NCBI GenBank assembly: GCA_028023455.1
Contig: JAQFVV010000005.1
Coordinates: 16,244,001 to 16,308,000 of the forward strand
Length of the DNA stretch: 64,000 nt
Direction of reading: 5' to 3'
Source of the DNA: Epiperipatus broadwayi
Taxonomy: Eukaryota; Animalia; Onychophora
Positions 13,595 through 26,868 of this stretch are shown piece after piece. Positions within the stretch are counted from its first letter, which is position 1. Each line of letters starts with the position of its first letter. The position numbers and the translations under genes were made by a program. Below the pieces are notes generated by a model. The model saw only the letters and a program-made list of their open reading frames with translations, searched no databases and was not told where the DNA came from.

Positions 13595-14837
13595 CAAACT
13601 CTTCAAGTGGCATTCTTTAGCAATCATTGATCCATAACATATACTTTCCAATAAATAATGATCAAAATTATATTTCATTGGATTTACACATTAATTTTTT
13701 AAAAAGTTCACAGATTGCTATTCTTTATAGACATGTATGATAATAGCTGTGTTTTTTAATAATTAACCTCTTTTTACATCATTTTACATCTAGAAATACA
13801 ATCAAGTTATTACTCTTACATTTCAAACACACAATTTTAGATATTTTTTAAAAAAACTATGCTAACAGCTCAAGTTGCCATTCAATCAACCAGAGTCTCT
13901 TCAGCTGGACCAAGTGCCTCAGAGTTCCAAAAGAAATATTGATAATCATCTGCATATTTATTGAAAGTAATTATTGCTAATAAAGGCTTGCTAAAAAGTA
14001 TACAATATACCTCAATAAATATAAAACCAGGGTGCATTATTTGGGAACTATGTGGGGTTTGACTTAAATGAATGAAAACCTAGAGGTCACACTACATCTC
14101 ATGTGCTTGAGATTAAACCTAATTTCTATACTGTATGTATATTAGCCTTTTATTTAATTTTTAAGATGAGCTTTGGTTTTAGATTTCAAAAATCTCAATT
14201 TTGCTCTTTTTTTTTTTTCAAATCAATGAATAATTTTATAAACTATCTATCATACAACAGTTATTAATATTTGAAATCCAATCCCTCTCCTTCTCTTTTT
14301 TATATATACTTTTGATAACAAATGTTTTATAACAATATTAATAATTAAATTTTTCAAAATTAAAAACATAACTAAACATCATAAAATCTGACGGTCGATC
14401 ATAATTCATCAAATTTTTATTAACAGAAACGCAATTCCATACAAAGATGGAAGTATATATATATAATTTATTAAAATTAAACATTTTTTCACTTCAATAA
14501 ACTTATCATCTATATTTATTGGAAATAAACTTTAATTATACTTGTTTATGAGTATAAAATTGGCGGTATCCCCTTTCTAAAAAACAAAATGTTGTTTTTT
14601 TTCACAAACATCTATCTTCTTTGATGTTATTAATTATTTTCTCGGCAAACTGTTTGTAATTTGTTACAATATTTAATTAAAATGAATGAGTAATTATTAT
14701 TTAAATAAACAATGACTGTAAATTTCTTATACTTTGTAAATAAGATTGAAAATTTTGAAAACTAATTTAAATTGCGCTTCTTCAATTACTAAAAGTGTTC
14801 CATATTGGTACTTTAATTTGCAAAATAGAATAAGAAA

Positions 14838-14951
14838 GTCAAGCATTGTTAGCCGAGAGGTCAGCGCAGCCGCCTTGCAAACAAGCAGTTGGTTGCAGAT
14901 GGTTGTTGCAGATTCGCCTCCCGGCTGATGCTATGACATTTGAGAAGAAAA
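14838..14951 (+). mobile_element. tRNA-Gly-derived short SINE (family 1)
   Basis: GTCAAGCATT...CCGGCTGATGCTATGAC plus A-rich tail; 16-bp TSD AAAATAGAATAAGAAA (14822-14837 / 14952-14967). Confidence 0.9.
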
Positions 14952-15232
14952 AAAATAGAATAAGAAATATGTCGTCGGAAAGTAGACAAGTAGATACAGT
15001 GCATTTACCCCCATCTGAAGATATTTTAATGAAAACGAACAAAAATAAAGGTGAAAAGGTAAAATACTCTTTTAAAAGCCAGTTCCTTAGTAAAGGTTTC
15101 ACCATCAGCTACGATCTGTTTAACCAATATTGGCGCCTGAGACAAGCTTTAAAAACTGTGTGATCCTACTAAACAAAGCAATGAATATAATAGAAAAAAT
15201 ATATACTAAATAAAAGTAAATATGTTTATTAA

Positions 15233-15326
15233 GTCAAGTGCTGGTGGCCTAGCGGTTAGCATAGCTGCCTTACAAGCAGCTGGCCCGGGTTCGCTTCCCG
15301 GTCAACACTTTGACATATTAAAAAAA
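15233..15326 (+). mobile_element. tRNA-Gly-derived short SINE (family 1), TAC anticodon loop
   Basis: GGTTAGCATAGCTGCCTTACAAGCAGCTGGCCCGGGTTCGCTTCCCGG closely matches eukaryotic tRNA-Gly(TCC) as recalled, with the anticodon changed. It has an A tail and a near-TSD TATGTTTAYTAA (15221-15232 / 15331-15342). Confidence 0.9.
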
Positions 15327-17831
15327 TATATATGTTTACTAACATATATATATATTCATAATGAAAAACACTTCTCTGGTAGAAATATAAAAGATAGCAG
15401 TTTTACATACAAGTAATTTTGTTTATATTTTTTTGTTTATATATATTTCAAACATATATGTTACATTATAGATCTATTTCTATTGTGCCTGGAGTAATTG
15501 CATCACTGTCTCACAAATGGGATTAATTTTGCAACAGACCCTCATAGAGCAACAATAAAAAATAAACATTACTCGTCAGTTTTGCCAATTTCCAAATGGT
15601 AAGAATTTGAGCACTTTCCCCATTTTTTTACTATTCTCTAGCTAAAAAATAACTGAATAGTTTGTGGCCAGAAATTTAATAAAGCGATAATTCTGGAACC
15701 TTTAGCTTTTAACTTGATCACTCAAACTTCACAACACCTATTCTCTAACTTAGAATAAAAAGATTGTCATTTATCAACCAATACTACATAATTCTATGGG
15801 TTGGCTATAATCCACATACTTAAAAGTAAAATCTCAAGCCTGACTGGAATCTGAAAAAATATTTGCAGACTAGTTCCACAATGTGAATTATAAGTTAGCA
15901 GGCAGATGTATGACCACTATACTATGAAATGTTTTGAAGAGTACATAATTCATTTTAGTTAGATCAACTAATATCAAGTAAAACAGAAAAAAACACACAA
16001 TATCATTTTCACGAAGAATGCACTGGCTTCACAAACGCATGATTAAAATTGATAACATCACTTAGAAAACAGACATATTTACCCCAAATCTCTCAAAAGC
16101 TTCACAAAAAACATTTTTTTCCTTAGCAAAAGAGCCTCAACCTTTGCACTTTATGTCCTGTGGTGCACACGGTATATTTTTGTCTGCAATTACAATGCCA
16201 AATGGCACCCAAACATAGTAATAAACAAATTGGAACAACTGAAAATCAGAGATAGATGATTCCACTACCAGATATTTTTGCTGCTACCTGAGCACACATA
16301 AAACAAAGATCTAGCTTGTAAAATGTTACAATCAATAAAGAACCCAAAATCTTGTCAAAAGTATACTGACAAATAAGCAAATTTATTTACAGGAAATGTG
16401 CTCTTTGAACAATATGTCCAGATAAAATTAATATTGTATAATGTATGTTAGAGGATTTTTCACAATGTGAAGATTCACAACAAAGTAATCAACATGTAAT
16501 CATGTGTCAAATTTGTACTACCCTACACATGTGAAATTTGAGATAAATGCAACATAACTTTGAGTAAAGCCTTTGAAACTAAAAAAAAAAAAAATGAAAG
16601 AAATAAAAAGAAAAATTAAAATGGTATAGAGGGTATTTGAAAGACTTAACATTACATTTAGACAAATTGTGCACTAAAAATAAATAGATTTTAAACAATA
16701 TTATATTATATTTAAATTAGGGTTGTGAATATGGAATCGGAGTTCAAAAAAGTGTGGAAAAAGGATATTAAGAATAGCATAAAGACATAGAAAAAAAATC
16801 AATAATTTAAACTCAAACTGACAATAGTGAAGCTAAGATTAAGATACACAGCAGATGGATTATTAAACACAAAAAAATAAGATGAATAATCAGAAAGAAG
16901 ATAATGAAACAAAGCAATATGAATCATTATAAAAAGAGGAAGCTTTATGACTAGTCTAACCATAACTGTACTGAAAGGGAGATAATATAATGCTACAATG
17001 TATAGATCATTACTATTAATGCTAAAGGGTTAAACGAAGAAGCAACATCATCTAACATTTAGCAGGTCTGGTGAGTCCTGCATTTTTCTATTACTGTTCC
17101 TTTATTGGGGAAGGTGGCTGTGGGAAAGTTTTCTGTCCTGAAATTGGATATTTAAAGTCTATATTATCTTAGCTTACTATAAAAAAGAAGATAAAAATTA
17201 AAAATTTTTTAAAAATGATTGTTTTTAAATTTAATAAATATCAAATTTTAATAGATAACATTTTAAATTGAAATAATCTTAAAAAACGTTTATTATATTT
17301 TTCATGGAATTATAATTAAAAAGATATATAATGTATTTCAGCAAGCCTGTAAAAATACTAAAATGGATTATTGTTTGAGAGTTTATAAAATGTTTGAACA
17401 CTGGAAGTAACAGACCTGGGCTGCAATCCATGGATTTTCAGCTCTAGTCCCCCATTCTATCACTACTATACCCTGTAGGATAGTCATTTGTATAAAATAA
17501 GATCATCTCTTATACACCCATCTTTGATTTTCTTGTTAGGTCTCATAATTAAACATTAGTAAGCTTTGTCTTTCAACTTGATATACTATTATATAAACAA
17601 TGAGAAATCATCAAATAATATATACCTATATATCAACAATCTGATATTTTTTCTATGTAAGTAGCATTTTTTTTTTGGTGGAGGAGACACCATAATCAAC
17701 TTGTCTTTACTCAATAATCAGTTTTCACTTTTCTATTACTATCCAAAATGAATGATTTAAAAATTCATCCATTCTAAACTTTCTTAGAAAAATCTTTATA
17801 TGGAGTTAGAATCTACAATTAAAATGAACTC

Positions 17832-17927
17832 TTTTTTTTTATGTGTCAAAGGGTCAGCTGGGAAGCGAACCCCAGGACAACTGCTTGTAAGGCAGCTGTG
17901 CTAACCACTCAGCCACCAATGCTTGAC
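17832..17927 (-). mobile_element. tRNA-Gly-derived short SINE (family 1)
   Basis: rc GTCAAGCATTGGTGGCTGAGTGGTTAGCACAGCTGCCTTACAAGCAGTTGTCCTGGGGTTCGCTTCCCAGCTGACCCTTTGACACAT(A)n; no clear TSD. Confidence 0.9.
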
Positions 17928-20900
17928 TAAAAATAACTTGTGAAAGAGATGAGTTTCATAGTGGCAAGACAATTAGACAGGCCAACATATTCCATTCATA
18001 ATGAAGAAATTCAGATTGGACAGGGATAACATCATCCTTAGATATGCTGATAAGACCATATTTGTAGTTGAAAACACTAAAGGATTTGTTGCAATAATAG
18101 AGTGGTAATAGTCCATGAAATATGACCTAGATCTAATATTTCCAGCACTCAAACTTTTTAAAAGCTCCTGAATAACAAACTATTTGATTGTGATTATTAT
18201 TATCACTATTGTTGTTATTATTATTATAAATGAAAAAGCAAAAGACTTGAATATTTTCATTAGAATAAATAGAGAACAAAGTGGAAAATGGAAAGGTTCC
18301 TAGCATCAGCAGCTGATTTTAAAAATAATGATCCCAAACAAATGATTACGATATTTTGTATGATAATTAAAAAAATCATCACAGACTGACCCTGGACAGA
18401 ATAGTACCAACAACCCTGGAAAAGTTTGTTAGATGTAGAAACATAACTGTTTAAACTAGAGTTTCCTATGATTCTCTATAGATGTATAAGTAAAATGTTT
18501 TTAAAAAAGGAATGATATTGATGCTAATAATGAATTCCAATGTACAATGAAAAGAAGGAAAAAGTAGATACTAAAACAGATTTGATTTGAATTCTCACTA
18601 GAAGCATAGACGACAAGAATTAATAAGAAAACTTTATAATGCTTAAAAATGTTTGTAGGGAAAAAGTAAATGATACTCTCCTACCAAAAAAAAAGATTTT
18701 TCCAAACATTAAAATTATCATCCAAGAAGACCTTGTGATACATCAGTAGCATGCGCATCTGCCATGACTAAAATCTAGATTTAAATGTAGACTGAGAAAG
18801 CTCAAAAATTCTTCAGCAAAAGTTTTCAGATAGCAATTCCTTAACCAATCCAATTGATCATCTAATAATGTTCAGTAAATAAATTTCTAACTATCTTGAA
18901 TGGAGGTACGGCCAAAATAAAAAATGCCCAAACTCTTAGTTATTCAGAAAATGGTAAGATCTAGGACATACTACTTTCTCCTACACTGCTTCTCTATTAG
19001 GGATTGTTAAAGAATTTGGCCCTGTGATGGGATATTTAAAGGCTATTTTGTCTTAATGCAAAAGTTAAAAATTTATTGTACCAGTCTGATTTCCTGATTT
19101 CAACAAATATAAAAAACAAATGACACCATGTCTAATGTAAAGCAGGGTGCTTTTGTAGAAGACGGATGATGGAAGTTCATACTCATGTTTGTTTTATTAT
19201 CCATTTACAGGATCATCAAAAAAATCTTGCAAACAATATGGATGACTACAAGCTATCATATTTAATATAAGTTTTTTAATATGATCCTAAAAAACAAAAG
19301 AAAATACACAAAAACCACAAATGATTATAATAAAAAAAATTTAATATAAATAACAAATAAAAAAGCTGATCAATAAAAGTATAGAAAGAGTGTTATAAAC
19401 ATGGGTTTTTCATATTGGTGGGCAGAAATTCTTAATAGCGTGAATCACTGTCACAAATGCATCTTCATCTATATACAGCTGTTGTAACATAAATTCTACT
19501 AAATAGAAATCAATGTGTTGTCTCACAGTTCTCCTGTGCTTTTGATTCTTCTGTCTTTGGAAGATCCCAAATTTTAATCATTTCCACAAAAAGCAAGTAA
19601 TGTTAAAGCTCACTGAATGTAATGAAATGTTGCCAAATAATGACAACAATATTCACAATATGTTAACATTCATACACTGTCATATACATAAAAAAATATT
19701 AATTATGTGTTGTGAAATACAATTTATAAGCTGTTTATCAATATTTTTTAAAGGTAACAGTAACTTATAATTCATTTTCTTAATATTGTTTAATTTTAAT
19801 ATGTAACACATGTTTGTTAAAATATTTTTGGGAAAATAAATAAATAGTTGAGGCCCTGAACAAACACAGATGGCAAACTTCCATTATGCAGTTTCTACAA
19901 AAATACCTAAGCTAGATAATTGAAAAATACTGGGAATACCAGGAAAACATTATACATATTCTTTACTCATTATTGTAAGGTTTATCTTGTGAGGTTTAGC
20001 ACAATAGTAGATTGTCAGATTGGAATGTCAGGTAATGGTGATGTCACTCAAACTTCTTATGAAGTCTTGAATGGTAAAACTCAGTACTTTTTCCCTGAGC
20101 TGTTACACACAATGGATACAAGTGTCAAAATCTGGAATGTGGAGTCTAAAATTGATTTCAGTGGTGGCAGTTTCAATGTACAAACTTCTTAGAAATTCTT
20201 GAATAAGAAAGCCATTCAAATATTATTCTTATTATTGCAAGGTTTTTAATTAGATTACTATGTTAAATTGCAGAATGTTCTTAGGGAGAAAGTGTATATA
20301 AATATTTTATTAATGTTAGGATGAATTTTTTTTGGCAATTAGAAGCTACACGTAAAACAGCTTAGCTGAAACAGACTTTTTCTTTATAATTATTAAATTA
20401 GTATAATATTACACTTCTTCGTGAATTCACGTACTTTTCTGTAATAAGCAATTTTTCCAAAGACCTCTAACAAACATAACCATCTCCCACAATGCATTTT
20501 GACTGAACAACTTTCTTCAGCTGTACAAGAATTTATTACATCTTAGATATCCGTGAGCATTTGCTCTTAAATATCATAAACAAATCCTTTCATTTAAAAA
20601 CTATAAATAAAAGGTGATAAATGGTAGATATATTTCATTTTTAAAATAAATTCAACCTTCTATATCGAATTTGAGAAACATGTTTGAAATGTGATTATTG
20701 AAGTTTCCTCCATCATATCATTATTTAAATTATTTATCATTTGAAAAAATGACAGAGTTAGAAATATATAAACACGAATACTAAATACTTAATAAGGGAA
20801 GCTGGTGTGGATAAGCACTACAAGATTTAGTGCAGTGGTGGCAGACTAAAGCTCAAGGTCTATGAACCATAGTTCTGTTATTTTCAGAGCTCAAACTTCT

Positions 20901-21413
20901 TCTGAATTTCCAAGAAATAGACCACTCAATTATTTATCAGACTGAATAAAAATAAAAATGAATTTAAGATTTGTAGAAATATTAATAGTGCTAAATAAGC
21001 AAATACTTTTATTCTTCCTACTTTCATGCCACCTAGTGTAAGTTTCAGTAATCAATAAATGTCAGAGTGTAGGACATAATAAATTCTTATTTAATGCTGT
21101 CCTATCAAAATATTCCCAGACTTGTTTGACAACATTGAGGAATTTTTTTTAAATCTTTTTTTTAAAGTTATACATGGATTTTTTTTGGATCTTAATTTTG
21201 TCAATACAAGCCTTTTTTTTTTTTTTGCGTAGTTATAAATGTCTGAAACTGGTTCAATATAGTGGTAAACCTTAACTTTTTATAACCTTAGACACTAGCA
21301 CTTTTATTATTTATCCGGAATTGATACAACATCAATAATGCATCAAATGAACAACAATGCATCACATGATCTTAGCTTACACATTACTACTCACTAACAA
21401 ATTCCTTTATTCT

Positions 21414-21528
21414 GTCAAGCGTTGTTAGCTGAAAGGTCAGCGCAGCCGCCTTGCAAGCAAGCATTTGGTTGCAGACGGATGTTGTGGGTTTGCCTCCCGG
21501 CCAATGCTATGACATATGAAAAAAAAAA
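21414..21528 (+). mobile_element. tRNA-Gly-derived short SINE (family 1)
   Basis: Same subfamily as the 14838 copy; 11-bp TSD TCCTTTATTCT (21403-21413 / 21529-21539); A tail. Confidence 0.9.
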
Positions 21529-22452
21529 TCCTTTATTCTTATTTTTATAATTGATAGTATAACAAAAAGTAAAAAAATGGCTGTTAAAGAAAAGATGTAT
21601 TAGATCCAAAAAATCCATGTGTATGTGTAAGTAATAAAGAATGTAGATGATATTAATATTATATGTTTTTCAATGATGAAAATCATAAGCTTGAAACTAT
21701 TCTGTGGATATATAAAAAGAACAGCACTGTGTAAGAATTGATTAAGCATTACCATCTGGCATTTATTGATTATTAAAGCAAAAGTAGGATAAATAGAAGT
21801 ATTTGCTAATAAACAGCAGCATGTAAGCTAAGGTCATATAATGAATTATTAACCATGTAGTGAATTTTATAAATGTTGATGATACTATGACAGAATTATG
21901 ATTCAATATGTGAAAAACAAATACTATAAAAAAAGGATAACAGTTGATTTTCATGGTAAAATCAAAAGTTCACTCACTTCTTAAATGATTTAGCATCACT
22001 GATCAATCCAAAACTGAAGAAATTTCATTGTAGATTAATGTCAGAATAAAAATGAAAGATTTGAGGCAAAAATCAGATGTAAAAGCATATTTTAAAATAT
22101 AAACACATTATAATATTTCCTGTGACTCTCAATGGATATGAAGAAAAAAGAACAGGAAACAAATGTTTTGATGAGTAGGATGGGTGGATTTGCTTAAAAC
22201 AAAAGACCTATTGCATTTATATCATGAAGAAGATGGTGGAATATTAAGAGGATGATTAGCAGTCAGATGGATAGATTTTATCATCATCATAATAAATGTG
22301 TTTTTGAGAATCCTCAGAAACCAATTATATTATGATGAAATAATATTTATACAGATTTAAAAAGTGGAATGGATATTGCCTTGATCACATACAACAACGA
22401 TAACAATAATAGCAATAATGACATTAATTCTGATGATGGTGATATATATACA

Positions 22453-22976
22453 CAATGTGTCCCAATGAAAAGGTACTATAGACTGGTTCTCTCTCCAAGA
22501 TATCTGCAGTGCCATCTCTAAAGCAATTCATGTATTAAAACAATGATATAGTTTAGCTATTCACCAAAAAAAATTCCATTAACATATCTAGATCATGAAT
22601 TACAGCATAAAATGTGACACTGTGTTTCATACCTTACTGTATATTAAGATTAAATTTGTTTTAAATTGAATAAAACTGTGACTGAAATATTTGAAATAAT
22701 TCAAACTATGCATGGCATCTAAAAATTGAGTTGCAAGAATGTTTTGAAATGGCTTGCAAGATTTTATGGTGGCAGGAAGAACATAGAAGGTGATCTTTGA
22801 AGATAGAAAACACATTATCACATTTCATGTCATGGTTCATGATTCAGATATGCTAGTACCTTAAAACTTTGAGGTGGATAGTCCAACTATATCACTGTGT
22901 AGTGCATGGATTGATTTAGAAATAGCACTGCAAGCAGCCTGGAAAAAAATCTGTTACTTTTTCACTGTGATATTTC
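22453..22976 (+). mobile_element. Internally deleted mariner-type element (same family as 13035)
   Basis: Left end CAATGTGTCCCAATGAAAAGG..GACTGGTTCTCTCTCCAAGATATCTG is shared with the 13035 element. The right end is a degenerate inverted repeat, and the element is TA-flanked. Confidence 0.65.
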
Positions 22977-23753
22977 TATATATGCTAATATAGGTTTGAC
23001 AGTATTACTGTAAAAGACCAGTAAACATCATTTGATATCTAAGTAATGATTATATGTTGCTAAGAGCAATTTTTTTCACTCTAAAATCCAAGACCATTTA
23101 TTATAAGTTTTAAATACTAAAAAATATTCAAATGATTTGTGAGCTCAGGAATTAATATATGAGCAATGGAAATGGCTGATAATTCATGAATCTTGAGCCC
23201 AAAATTGTATCTACCAGTAGTTACCATCGAGTTTCTATTTATTGCCCAAATTTACAATGAATGATGTGGAGAGTGAAGGAATTCCCCTGGTTTTACTTTG
23301 CCATAATCTTCATAAAGATGATAAAAATCATTCTAATTTACCTCTGGCATCTTCAAATTCAATATCTATCACCACTATTAGAACTAATTAACCATAATAA
23401 TGAAGTCTCATATGTCACATGATTCTTCTCTAACTCGTCTACTATATATGTTTCTTTAGCAATCCAAAAAATAATTGAGGTTCATTTTGATATTAACATA
23501 ATTACTGCTCTTCATACAGACTTGTGACAAAACAGATATCAGTATTATAAAGTATGTTTAAGCATGGAAAGAATGGATAATCACAAGCTTGTAAACTTTT
23601 ATCTAATTCAAATCTTCACATTATAATTTTCCTAAGTTTCTAAATCTGCTAATCAATAAAAGAAATTAATCGCTATTTCAAAAGTGAATAAAAATAACAT
23701 AAATTTAATTAAAAACAAACGTTGATATATTCAACAGTATTCCAAATACTTAC

Positions 23754-23883
23754 TTTTTTACAGTCATAGCAGTCTAGCGGAGATGCGCCTAAAAGACCGA
23801 ATTCGTCTCCACATAGAATGCACTGGGTGACGCCATTACCCATAGCATTCTTTTTCATGTTTTCTAACTTTTCAACAAGGCGG
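23754..23883 (-). CDS. Rph: Rabphilin/Noc2-family exon (end of Rab-binding helix, first half of Zn finger)
   Basis: Boundaries ttttcacag|...|gtaagt; 130 nt, phase 2 to 0. Translates (G)RLVEKLENMKKNAMGNGVTQCILCGDEFGLLGASPLDCYDCKK, in frame with both neighbouring exons. Confidence 0.96.
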
Positions 23884-24200
23884 CTGTGAAAAAAAAGATA
23901 GAAAGTAATATATGCATAAAAAGATATAAAATAACATATTATTATAATTGTTTATACATATAATACATGTAATAACTAATTAGCAAATATATATAAAAAT
24001 GATTTGATCCTACAATTTTAAGTGTTATGCTGAGATAATAAATAAATCAAATAGTTTATTGCTTAAGAATTAATAAGAAGTTTGAGTATTGGAAGTCTGA
24101 ATTACAATCCGTGAATTTTGAGCTCCAGAGTATGGGATTCTATTACTGCACCAAATCACACAAGGCAGGTAATTAATAACAAAGGAAGAAACACTGATTT

Positions 24201-24300
24201 TTTTTCATGTGTCATAGCATTGGCCGGGAAGCGAACCCGCTAACCCGGGACAAATGCTTGACAGGCAGCTGTGCTAACCTCTCAACCACCAACTCTTGAC
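24201..24300 (-). mobile_element. tRNA-Gly-derived short SINE (family 1)
   Basis: Perfect 14-bp TSD AGAAACACTGATTT (24187-24200 / 24301-24314); A tail; GTCAA...ATGAC ends. Confidence 0.9.
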
Positions 24301-24383
24301 AGAAACACTGATTTGACATATAAAATTAACTATTAAGTTTTTATTTATCTGCTTTCTTAATTATTATATTTAAACCATTAAGC

Positions 24384-24495
24384 ATCACATGATCACCATC
24401 TCTTATACTAGCACATAATTGTTTATAAACAAGGCAAACTCATCCATTGATTACTCTGGTTGGCACAGGGTGGCACTACTGTATGGAGAGTTTTG
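24384..24495. mobile_element. HHR family A fragment with internal inversion
   Basis: 24384-~24440 is the rc of the family 3' tail (compare 50890-50943), joined directly to a plus-strand body piece (atccattgattactctgg...gagagttttg). No HHR is retained. Confidence 0.75.
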
Positions 24496-25486
24496 ACATA
24501 ATTTTTGGGAATAATTGCTGAGATATTCTTGACTTCGTTTAAGGAGAAGCCATAATACATCACATCACATCACATCACTTGTTTATAAATTATTATATTT
24601 CAAAACAATTATAAATTTATTTTATAGTACATGTATACTCTTTAGGCATACCTAATACACAAAGAATCACACCATTTACTTAATTAGTGGTAACTACTAT
24701 ATGTATGTTCATGCAATCACATCTGCTAACGAATTCATTTTTATGAATTTGCATGCTAATGATCAAATAATTGTAGAATTCTGTGAGAAATCTTATCCCT
24801 CTCCACATCCACTGAACTCACATATACACAAAAGATAATGTACATATAATTTTTAAATAATCATTTTCTGCCAGGTATCCAAAAGAAAGAAATTAGCATT
24901 CAGAAAAGCTTAAGGATTCGATATAGTTAGTTTTAGTTTTACTGTACTCATTACAGTGGCTTCCATGATTTGAAGCAATTATAGGGTAGCAAAATCTAGA
25001 CATCAAGGTCCTTGTATTGCAGCTTTGTCCTGTCACTTCTGATGTTTGAATTTCTCATGAATTCCTGAGCAATACATTCTACTGAATTACTTATTTGGAA
25101 TATACAGCATTTTTATATATATAAAAAGATCTGTATAAAGAAAATTGTGGTACAATAATAGGGCAAAAACTTAATATGTCTCTGATCTAGATTTGAATTC
25201 AGATTAAGTAAATTTTTAAAAAAAATCAACAAATGTGATTTTTTTTTTTTTAGACAGCTATCACATACTCAACCGAGGCAGTCTCTCAGTATTGATTGGA
25301 AAATGACTATCTAACCATTTTATTTAGAGGACAAACAAGGTTAAAAGAATTGACAACCTTAGTGAATATTACCTTATATTTTATTGTTCTTGTTCCTTTA
25401 AGAGACAGATGGAAAAGATGTTTATTTTGCAGTGGGATATTTAAAGATTATTAGATCTATTGTTTTTCATAAAAGTTTATGCCTTA

Positions 25487-25745
25487 GGCAGAATAGCTCA
25501 ATTAATTAGAGTGTTACCTTAAATTCAATATTAATAAGTTTAAAGTCCAGTTTCGATACCCATGCTAATACTATCATTGGTCAAGCCAACTACACTTGAA
25601 TAAGAGGAAAATAATACCACTTGAAACATTGAACCTGTGTGCTATTACTAACAGTTGAATGTATTTGGAAAGTTTAAATAAAGTTTGAATTTTTCTAAAA
25701 CCATTTAATATTAGATGATGAAAATAACCCAACATATAATTACTA
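25487..25745 (+). mobile_element. tRNA-headed SINE, family 2 (copy 2)
   Basis: Aligns to 5247-5520 along its length; decayed A and B boxes. Confidence 0.65.
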
Positions 25746-26399
25746 TTATTATATCTATCTTTATCTGTTTGCACACAAATAATTTTGCTTTGTAGTATAT
25801 ACTAATTAGCAACTTGCTTTTTATTATTTTTAGCATACAATAATTTCTGAACTACAGCTTTATCATTTTATAAGTTGTTTTGGATGTTAAAAAACACATC
25901 ACATCATTGACATTACGTTTTAAAAATATTAAGTCTTTCTCTATATGAAGTTGCTGATACTAGAGAAAAAATTTAATTACGGTAGTATGAAAAAATCGTC
26001 AGAGATGTTTCTTTTCTTCCCTCTACTTTTAAAAACAAATAATAAATTACAAAATGTTTGAAAGTTATTAATTATCCTGATGCCGTGATGGATAATAGTA
26101 GAATTACTTTACTACACGTGAGAGCGATAAAAAAAAAAGTGAGATGAGATTCCTTTTTTCCTATTTTTAGTTATAAAAAAAAATACTTTGATATATATTT
26201 TCACATTTTTCTACAATACATACAGTCATGTCAAGCATTTTTCTATTGTATCAAGGACTCTGTATATCATTATTTTTGTTTCAGTATTAAAAAAGATGTA
26301 TTATGGTGTTGGTATTTTTTTATGCAATTTAATAATACTTTTATTTTCAAAGAAACTTTATTAGTGAAATATATGGCTACAAACTGTGATGTTCAGATG

Positions 26400-26740
26400 A
26401 TCATGTGACAGCAAGAGCTTCTTACTTGGGAACCAGAACTATCAGTATTGACGCTTTTGTCAAATCTAGATGAAGAGAAATTTTTTTTATGGTTCCGCTA
26501 AGATAGTGTGGCAGAAATTGGGAACTTTAGTCACTGGGAATCTTGAAAAATTTTTATGTATTCTCATAGATAAACTTAGTAGAGAGAATTTTGTCTTTAC
26601 TTTGGATTTTTCTGAAGATTCCAAAGAAAATTGCAAGGGCATTCGTTTGTGGGATGTTGAATATCATTTTACATCGGGTGATCCATATGGAATATGGAAT
26701 GAAGGTCGAGATTCTTAAGATGGAGAAAGTAATACTTTTA
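26400..26740 (-). mobile_element. Possible L1/Tx1-clade LINE ORF2 3' fragment
   Basis: A minus frame reads FIPYSIWITRCKMIFN, reminiscent of the IWxxRNxxxF motif at the L1/Tx1 C-terminus. Only this single motif supports the call. Confidence 0.3.
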
Positions 26741-26868
26741 CCCAGATCTAATGAGAAGTAAATACAAGTTAAAAATACATGAGACTAGAACTTTAAATCC
26801 AATTTCTTCCCTTCACCGACTATGTTAGAATTTTATAGATTTATTTTGCATTATGATATTTGTTATTC

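Noticed and set aside
14746-15163. Overlapping ORFs (60-105 aa), plus similar ones at 21415, 38798 and 46559
   Set aside because: They are chance frames across the GC-richer tRNA-SINE copies, with no protein motifs.
15237-15308. Functional tRNA-Val(TAC) gene (also 46648-46741)
   Set aside because: The backbone is Gly-type, and the copy has an A tail instead of a T-run terminator, a TSD, acceptor mismatches and T73. It is one of 8 dispersed SINE copies.
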